Assembly (NCBI GenBank): GCA_024626585.2
Contig: JANKJI020000002.1
Span: 239,784,870-239,802,003 of the forward strand
Direction: 5' to 3'
Length of the DNA: 17,134 bases
Source of the DNA: Ginkgo biloba
Lineage: Eukaryota > Plantae > Ginkgophyta
Made by a program: the position numbers and the translations under genes
Shown: positions 10,450 through 17,134 of the stretch, piece after piece
Layout of the letters: each line of letters begins with the position of its first letter
Position numbering within the stretch: the first letter of the stretch is position 1
The notes under the pieces: generated by a model
What the model was told of the DNA's origin: nothing
The model's database searches: none
What the model saw: only the letters and a program-made list of their open reading frames with translations

Positions 10450-11035
10450 AATAAAGATTGCCACTACGAGTTAAAAGTTCAAGCAGGAAGGTGGTGGCTA
10501 TAAAATTCAAAAGTTATGCAATACTTGAACTTGGGAATTCAATAGAAAACTAAGATCTTATTTATTCTATTAGGTGGAAAAGGAACAAGATGGAACAAAG
10601 GAAAAAGATGAATGAGCAGAGGCAAGTGGATGGCCACTTGCCAAACTCACAAATCCAAACATCTTCCACACCTTAAGATACCACTCCTACATCTTCTACA
10701 TATCCCATAGGTGGAAGTAGTCGAGTGGAAGTAGCTTGTTCTTCTATCTCTCCCTAGATACATGTCCAAGAAGAGACCACTTATATGTTCAGTAGCTAGC
10801 ATGATTGAAACTGAGAATAGAGGAGAAGTTGACCTTGTCATAGCAAGGCTTTTCTTTGTATGCAGGATTCCTTCGATAGGGCTCAATCTCCATAATTGAG
10901 AAGATGATTATGTGCTATCAATTAAGGACTTAGGTGATACAAGCCGCTTATGTATGAGACGCTTCAAACAAACTTAGTGCGTAAGAATATAACAAGAATT
11001 GAGAAATATAAAAACAAGAAAACCAAGTGGTCTTT
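10450..11035 (+). mobile_element. hAT-superfamily (BED finger + DUF659-type) transposase 5' remnant
   Basis: Decayed BED-like EGGGYKIQKLCN...RSYL...GGKG (~10487-10590). Then KKRPLICSVASMIETENRGEVDLVIARLFFVCRIP (10768-10872), a frameshift, and AQSP*LRR*LCAIN*GLR*YKPLMYETLQTNLVRKNITRIEK...KTKW, matching D.AIARFFYA.GIPF...SPYF..M..AI..G.GYKPPSYE.LRT.LL. Breaks off before the SDGW catalytic motif. Confidence 0.85.
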
Positions 11036-11092
11036 GGCATGCCACCACAAAGGAAGATAAACTCCCAGTTGATGGTATCTGAAAAAGCTTCT

Positions 11093-11140
11093 TCATTCCT
11101 TTTCGAGATTAGCTGCCTGTCCATTGGCAGATCGCTCTAC
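11093..11140 (-). CDS. GC4: GC3/GC4-like exon F, ending at a premature TGA: VERSANGQAANLEKE*
   Basis: Acceptor ctatactatcaacAG at 11142-11141 and TGA at 11095-11093. Restoring one A would continue the frame as EKE-MKKLFQIPSTGSLSS. No clear donor before the hAT-derived sequence. Confidence 0.55.
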   Translation of the reverse strand, partial: VERSANGQAANLEKE

Positions 11141-11678
11141 CTGTTGATAGTATAGATTGTTCAGGCTTCCCATTGGCAGATTGGCCCTCTCAGCCAAGAG
11201 GGAATTAACTGGACATGACTAAAATGGTATCTCAGATTCAGCAATAAATAGCAGAGTAGCAAGTTCTCTATGATCAGTTCATTCATAGCATGGAATTCAC
11301 TTTTATAATATTTAAAACTGAATTCTAGAGTTGAGATTGTTTCCATTTGTCTTCTGAGTTACAATCACTTGTGCCTGTCACACTCGCTATTATTAATTAT
11401 ATCACACTTAATTTCCATGGAACAGTATCACAACACATTTAAATTCCATGACAGCAGGACCTCAATGTGCCATGAAGGTGAAAATATCAAGCACTTATGG
11501 AAGATGTGTTTCACTCTTACAAGGATCTACTTGAGATTCAAACCTTCTACCCCAGGATTGGCTATCAGATATGAACGAAAAGTGCTTCCAAAATAATAAA
11601 AGCAGCATATTATGTCCGAGACCAAGCACTAAAACATAAATTCTACACGACTCATCAGCAATGAGGAAGAAAGCATAC

Positions 11679-11846
11679 CTGAAGCTCAATTTTCTCCTTT
11701 TCCAATGTGGAAATAGTATTATGCAGTTTTTCAACATATTCATTTGGATGTGCCTCCTTCCTCTGCCTAAGCTCAGCTTGGAGTCGATTCATCTCTGTAT
11801 TCCTCCCATTCAATTTTTTATGGAGCTCTGCCATCTCCGCGCACAT
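11679..11846 (-). CDS. GC4: GC3/GC4-like exon E (168 nt): MCAEMAELHKKLNGRNTEMNRLQAELRQRKEAHPNEYVEKLHNTISTLEKEKIELQ
   Basis: Acceptor ctatttcaacAG and donor CAG|GTATGC, phase 0/0, 56 open codons. Resembles GC4 MESNKVRRELDAKLAEIRQLQMKLN...LKEVNKALEKENNELK. Confidence 0.85.
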
Positions 11847-12369
11847 CTGTTGAAATAGTTTTAGAAAGAGTTTACAAAATAAACTGATAAGTGAACAAAT
11901 TGTATATGATAAAGGCAACACTAAAGCATGAAATTGAAGTATTGTTCCCACAATGGGGAATTACATGTTTTCTTCACTACCTAGTGTCAATCTCATTACT
12001 GGCACAGATTTTCCTGCTTGGGTAAGTTGTCTACAAAGCACAGAACAAGATGAAAACAACAGCAGTTTGCAGAAAGTGTAGATGTGTTGAAATGTGAGAC
12101 CCATCCCTTACAATCAGTAAAGATACTTAAGAGACATATTTTATTTGTTTTGGATGGGTGTGTACCGAAGATGAGATATGACAGTTCACTACATTCTTCT
12201 TACATATGTGTTTATCATGTTTCAGATGTCCTTTCTGAACTCAGAAGATCACAAATGTATTTCATTACCCATCTTCTTTCACTACCACATTTAGTAGAAC
12301 ATAAAACTATGTACACAAGAAACTCTAAATATCCATATTTGATGAATGTCATTATCAATTGGAACTTAC

Positions 12370-12434
12370 CCGTTCATTCTCCGCTTTCAAGATACTGCAT
12401 TCATTCTGAGCAGTTTCATTTAAATCTTGCTTCC
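12370..12434 (-). CDS. GC4: GC3/GC4-like exon D (65 nt): RKQDLNETAQNECSILKAENER
   Basis: Acceptor gtgtacAG and donor CGG|GTAAGT. Phase 1 in and phase 0 out fits both neighbours exactly. Resembles GC4 EERKQNETFKEELQSLRLDKEK. Confidence 0.8.
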
Positions 12435-12532
12435 CTGTACACCATGAACGTTTAACAAAACAGGGAATTTCTTCGGGAGAAAAAGAACATTAGAAAACTT
12501 CACAAGAAATCTGTACTATTGTCAAGGCATAC

Positions 12533-12680
12533 TTTTAAGTTGCATATTTGCATTTTCTAGATCAGCTCTTCCTTTCTCCAGTGGCTCCTTCAGTTCCTTT
12601 ATTTCAGCCAATGATGCTTCATGATCAACTTTCAATGACATCAAACGCTGTGTTTCGTCTCGAAGCAAATTTGTAAGTTC
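12533..12680 (-). CDS. GC4: GC3/GC4-like exon C (148 nt): ELTNLLRDETQRLMSLKVDHEASLAEIKELKEPLEKGRADLENANMQLK
   Basis: Acceptor tgcaattcAG and donor A|GTATGC (phase 1). Open coiled-coil frame resembling GC4 EFAEMLEERTRSMAS...ELEKEREKSANLQILLQ. Not in the ORF track. Confidence 0.8.
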
Positions 12681-12954
12681 CTGAATTGCATGCATGTATC
12701 CAACATTTCAGTCTATTGATCAAAAGAATTCCATGAGTACATCTAAATAACCTGGGGGTGAACACAACGCATAGAGGAACATAAAATCCAAGAAAGTGTA
12801 CTCAGAAAACTCTGAAAAACAGGATCTTTCAGACTATTAATCCCACCATGCGTTCTAAACAATTGCAAAGAAAACTCTGACGATGAAATCTCCATGAGAC
12901 CGATAATCACACAACAATGAAGGAAAGCTATTTAAGGAAATAATAACCGCATAC

Positions 12955-13155
12955 CTTTTCTCTTTCTTGCAATTTCCTGAGTTTCAACTCCATCTGTTGT
13001 TGCCTCCCCTCAAACTCTGTTGGCGATGCCGTTCCATTTGCAATCATACCGGAATGTGCAAGCTTGCCGTGGACGCGAACAATTCCTTGGTTGTTTTGGG
13101 CACGAAAGGCATTTGCATGTCGCTGCTGTCTAGCAGGTGGCAAATCAGTCTGTTC
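12955..13155 (-). CDS. GC4: GC3/GC4-like exon B (201 nt): EQTDLPPARQQRHANAFRAQNNQG...MELKLRKLQEREK
   Basis: Acceptor tgcatgtggtcAG (an alternative, cttgtacAG, would start the exon at 13171) and donor AAG|GTATGC, phase 0. EQTDLPPAR aligns positionally to GNGDHSPNR, and the final EK to KEK of GC4. Confidence 0.75.
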
Positions 13156-13899
13156 CTGACCACATGCACATCTGTACAAGGTAAGTTCAATACATTCACA
13201 AAATACCCACATAAAACAAGATGCGCAACTAGACTGAACAGGTACTCAATCCATAAGTAACCTATCAAGGGATCTCTCTAATGAAAAAAAGTCAATATGG
13301 CTGGGAGGGTATCCTCTGAAACTGGATATTTAGACATAAACCAGAATGTATTCCATTATGTTTGGATTTCACCCAAAACCCTGAAGCAGAATAGAAAATG
13401 CAAAGAATAAGTATGTGTCTCTGACTAGTCATGGTATTTTTCTAATGGGAATTGTAAACTATTCTCTTCCTTCAGAGTTTTCTAGGCCATGAAAACTAAA
13501 GGTGTTTCACTTATGATTGCCATAAACAGAATATAGCTAGAATACATAATACACAGGGTTGACAAGTTTTGCTGAAGGAAACCTTCCATTTTGAAAAGGC
13601 CAAGAGATATTTTAATTTTCATATCAAAATTAAAATCTTCTAAGCCACAGCAAAGTAGACAAAGAACACCCAGCTATTTAGACTCAAAATCAGACTTTCA
13701 TGTAGATTCTACAGCGAAACCAACTCAGTTGAAACCATGGAAACTTCAAGATCAAAAAATATTGCACAGGACTTCCCTTTTATATGTAGACTGCCAGATT
13801 AATTTGCTTAAGTAATCTTAAGCAACCTAAATATCATAACCAGCTAAAATGCAATCAGAATAAAGACCCAAAAATGAGAAGAAAAAAGGGGAGGTAGTT

Positions 13900-14460
13900 C
13901 ATCTCACTACACAGAGAGATATTCTGAAGTCTATCTATCACAGTTTGGGATTCTTAAATTCTTTCGCAGTCCCTCGCAAAACCCACTGCTTGTTTGTCTA
14001 AAATCTTGTTATATCCTGGTGTGGTTCCCCACTGTCCTCTTGCATATCAAGATGTCATCTACTCCATATCACTGAATCTGTTATTTGTTGAAGCATAGTG
14101 GCATTGTGTCCAACATTTTTTTTATCCTCAAACTTGTACTGGCAACCATAACAGTTTGTGTTAACATTTCTATCTGTAGGCTCCTACAGTACTCCCTTAC
14201 AAAAGTATGAAAATGCAGTCCTCATGGATTTCAAAGGGATCAGGGGCAGGTTTTTAAAGAGCAGTTGAATATACTTCAATCACAAAAAACTTTCTGAGAA
14301 ACAGGTCACTGGATGGCATAGGGTTGGAAGATTGATTTTTGAGGAGCATGCATGAATAACTTCTCTTTCAAACCACATTCCTCTGGCTTAACATTTCCTG
14401 AGCAAATGAGGTCTTCAAGAATGTCTACTATGAGTTCTTAAGAAATGATATCCAAATGGA
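13900..14460 (-). mobile_element. Highly decayed Ty3/gypsy- or caulimovirid-like reverse transcriptase fragment in an intron
   Basis: VDDILI at 14062-14045 followed by RTVGNH (cf. YVDDILI.S.T.EEH). It is preceded by GCQYKF...HNATMLQQITD (cf. GQYEF...NAPATFQR.MD) and PDPF. Many frameshifts, and the boundaries are approximate. Confidence 0.45.
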
Positions 14461-14478
14461 AAGATTTTCTTTTCCCCA

Positions 14479-15403
14479 NNNNNNNNNNNNNNNNNNNNNN
14501 NNNNNNNNNNNNNNNNNNNNNNNNNNNNNNNNNNNNNNNNNNNNNNNNNNNNNNNNNNNNNNNNNNNNNNNNNNNNNNNNNNNNNNNNNNNNNNNNNNNN
14601 NNNNNNNNNNNNNNNNNNNNNNNNNNNNNNNNNNNNNNNNNNNNNNNNNNNNNNNNNNNNNNNNNNNNNNNNNNNNNNNNNNNNNNNNNNNNNNNNNNNN
14701 NNNNNNNNNNNNNNNNNNNNNNNNNNNNNNNNNNNNNNNNNNNNNNNNNNNNNNNNNNNNNNNNNNNNNNNNNNNNNNNNNNNNNNNNNNNNNNNNNNNN
14801 NNNNNNNNNNNNNNNNNNNNNNNNNNNNNNNNNNNNNNNNNNNNNNNNNNNNNNNNNNNNNNNNNNNNNNNNNNNNNNNNNNNNNNNNNNNNNNNNNNNN
14901 NNNNNNNNNNNNNNNNNNNNNNNNNNNNNNNNNNNNNNNNNNNNNNNNNNNNNNNNNNNNNNNNNNNNNNNNNNNNNNNNNNNNNNNNNNNNNNNNNNNN
15001 NNNNNNNNNNNNNNNNNNNNNNNNNNNNNNNNNNNNNNNNNNNNNNNNNNNNNNNNNNNNNNNNNNNNNNNNNNNNNNNNNNNNNNNNNNNNNNNNNNNN
15101 NNNNNNNNNNNNNNNNNNNNNNNNNNNNNNNNNNNNNNNNNNNNNNNNNNNNNNNNNNNNNNNNNNNNNNNNNNNNNNNNNNNNNNNNNNNNNNNNNNNN
15201 NNNNNNNNNNNNNNNNNNNNNNNNNNNNNNNNNNNNNNNNNNNNNNNNNNNNNNNNNNNNNNNNNNNNNNNNNNNNNNNNNNNNNNNNNNNNNNNNNNNN
15301 NNNNNNNNNNNNNNNNNNNNNNNNNNNNNNNNNNNNNNNNNNNNNNNNNNNNNNNNNNNNNNNNNNNNNNNNNNNNNNNNNNNNNNNNNNNNNNNNNNNN
15401 NNN
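14479..15403. other. Largest assembly gap (925 N); other gaps at 224-233, 1319-1576, 3134-3233, 4771-4870, 6690-6789, 8194-8233, 8452-8551, 9346-9355, 16872-16890
   Basis: Runs of N. Four are exactly 100 N, the usual placeholder for a gap of unknown size. Confidence 0.99.
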
Positions 15404-15477
15404 TCTCCTTCTGTGGTAGCCACCGCCATTGTTTTCTTCAATGCTTCATTCTCCTCATGCAATCTGGAAAGCTCTTC
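15404..15477 (-). CDS. GC4: Golgin candidate 3/4-like exon A (probably exon 2; 3' end lost in N gap): EELSRLHEENEALKKTMAVATTEG
   Basis: Pyrimidine-rich acceptor attgtatttccAG (AG at 15479-15478). The translation resembles the Arabidopsis GC3/GC4 segment (E)DQISRLNQENGSLKQNL as recalled. The exon runs into the gap 14479-15403. The start-codon exon is not visible in the window. Confidence 0.75.
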
Positions 15478-15979
15478 CTGGAAATACAATGTGTACAAAA
15501 AAATGAACAACTTAGAACCTGGTCCAAAAGTCAGCCACTTGGAACCTAGTCCAGACACACAAGGACTGTTCTTTATGCAGAACAAACTGGTCCAGATACC
15601 AAAGATATATGCCCACAAATTTAAGTTCACAAAGGACAGGACAGATCAGAAGCCCAAAATTGAACTCACAAGACTGGAAACAGAAAATTTTAATGAAAAA
15701 TGTGACGAAAGCACAGAATGCATTACCACACAACCACAGTACGGAATAGAAACAAACCACTCTTTCTCCTTTATGCATTAATACTATTTCATTGTCTTCA
15801 TTAATTTCTTCTATTATGCACAGTAAAATGTCACAAAAAGATAGTATTAAGAAAAAAGAGCACTGCTCCTCTAAACATCTGCATGTCATACTTCCTTGAA
15901 TTAAAACTTCATTTTCAACAAATTAAATAATCCAAATATTGTATTGTACAGATTGCTAAAATATATTAATTCCCCTAGA

Positions 15980-17134
15980 TGAAAGTGCAGCATATTAGCA
16001 CAAGATATGAAGAAACTAATGAAAGAATATAAGAAGGAACTTGCATCAAGGACAATGCTGCAAGAGAAAATTGAAAGAGAATTGGATGAAATATGGAAAG
16101 AAATGACAGATACCCAAAATAAAGATCATCCTCTCCTCAAAATTCAACAAATATCTATCAGATTACAAGCTCCAAACAAAAAAGAACTAACAATTAGCAA
16201 ATAAGAGCCAACACCAAGTGGGACGCAAAAGGAGATCACTCTATCAAATTCTACCATCTACCCATTAACAAAGCAGAATGAGCATAATCAGAAGAGAAAA
16301 TGGAGCCCTGATTTATGGTCAAGATCAGGAAAGAAGCAATTGAATACTTCTGAAATCTTTGGAATTCCAAATATGTTTGGACTAAAAGAAAATCGACCAT
16401 CAAGAAGATGTCTTCCCTCAATCAGACAGCAATCTCAAATGATCAGAAGCAAAAGTTGAATTATGAAATCACTGGGGAAGAAGTTTGGAAAGCCATCTTA
16501 AACATTGAAAAAAAAAAATGCAACTCCAGGATCAAAACTTCTTGAATCTAATAATGACCCCTCTTATAGAGATGATCGAGGAAACCAAAAGAAGCAGCAA
16601 ATTCATACCCAAGTACCAAATTACACTTTTGGAGATCTTATCCCTATATATCCAGGAAATCATAAGATTTTAAAGGCTGAAGAGCAACAGCCCTGAGCAA
16701 TGTGGCACTAAAAATCATCTCAAAGACAATAACTACTAGATTACAAGATTGCATGCCGCAAGTCATATAACCAAATTCAAACAGGGTTCATAAAAGACGA
16801 AAGAATGTTTGACAGAATTACTCATGCATGAAGTACTGCACTCAATTATACAAACAAATAAGTCATGCATGNNNNNNNNNNNNNNNNNNNAGACATGAAT
16901 AAAGTATACAACAGAGCGGAATGGCCTCTTCTTACAGCAGTAATGTTGGACAAAAGATTTCTAATACCAGTCTCATGGACTGCAGCTTGGATGAGAATGA
17001 TCAGAATGCCAATTCTAGTCAATAGCAAGCAAACGAACTTCTTGCTCACAACCCAAGTCAGAGAGCAAGGGTTTCAATTATCCTCTTATACATTATTGTG
17101 GAAGATTGTCTCTCTGCTTTGCTAAATTGACACC
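15980..17134 (+). mobile_element. Degenerate L1-clade LINE ORF2 (linker + reverse transcriptase N-half), intronic and antisense to the golgin gene
   Basis: Ordered plant-L1 motifs with frameshifts and stops: ISNDQKQKLNYEITGEEVWKAILNI (16432), NYTFGDLIP (16619; cf. NATFLALIP), ALSNVALKIISKTITTRLQDCMPQVI (16690), QTGFIKD (16778), DMNKVYNRAEW (16892; cf. DMSKAYDRVEW), REQGFQLSSY (17060; cf. LRQGDPLSPY). Confidence 0.9.

Larger units (their letters stand above)
11045..15477 (-). pseudogene. GC4: Partial, probably truncated or pseudogenised golgin GC3/GC4 (GMAP-210/Rud3-like) gene locus
   Basis: Six collinear exons with introns of 538, 523, 98, 274 nt and up to ~2.2 kb (including a gap). Premature stop in exon F. 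No recognisable downstream exons (LGQYYAE.., DRRIV..LLVTYF GRAB region) in the 11 kb 3' of it. Confidence 0.55.

Noticed and set aside
11369-13268. Plus-strand ORFs (11369, 11661, 12084, 12967) and alternate-frame minus ORFs
   Set aside because: Shadows of the golgin exons and introns, with no independent coding signal.
13804-13825. 9-bp hairpin ttgcttaag-taat-cttaagcaa
   Set aside because: Isolated and AT-rich, plausible by chance, with no MITE structure.
15510-15590. Short intronic repeats actt(a/g)gaacct(g/a)gtcca
   Set aside because: Two to three degenerate 17-mers, most likely slippage or a local duplication of no evident function.
14428-15781. Long 324-441 aa ORFs in the ORF track
   Set aside because: Artefacts of translating through 925 N. 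Only 15404-15477 (-) is a real exon. The same applies to the ORFs spanning the gaps at 1319, 3134, 4771 and 6690.

Overview
Eukaryotic, AT-rich, repeat-dense land-plant DNA from a gapped draft assembly. The TE families and intron style suggest a gymnosperm or similar large genome (inference). The right half carries six minus-strand exons of a coiled-coil golgin of the GC3/GC4 (GMAP-210-like) family, with canonical GT-AG sites and matching phases where both ends are visible. The ORF track misses most of this gene. The last visible exon hits an in-frame TGA (11093-11095) after an apparent templated 18-nt insertion, then runs directly into an opposite-strand hAT transposase remnant, so this copy looks C-terminally truncated (no GRAB domain seen). 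Its introns hold an antisense L1 ORF2 remnant and a very decayed Ty3/gypsy-like RT fragment. The left 11 kb is a transposon graveyard: two fragments of a non-L1 LINE (one with a C-terminal CCHC-type finger), a copia-type 5' LTR with a Met PBS, a long LTR-like block with a diverged ~640-bp duplicate, a copia RT scrap, and a ~1.2-kb modular array of TGAGGATAA/TTATCCTCA inverted motifs just upstream of the hAT remnant. I see no convincing new biological system. The array plus hAT and the truncated golgin junction are the best leads. All protein similarities were judged by eye from remembered family motifs, not from database searches.
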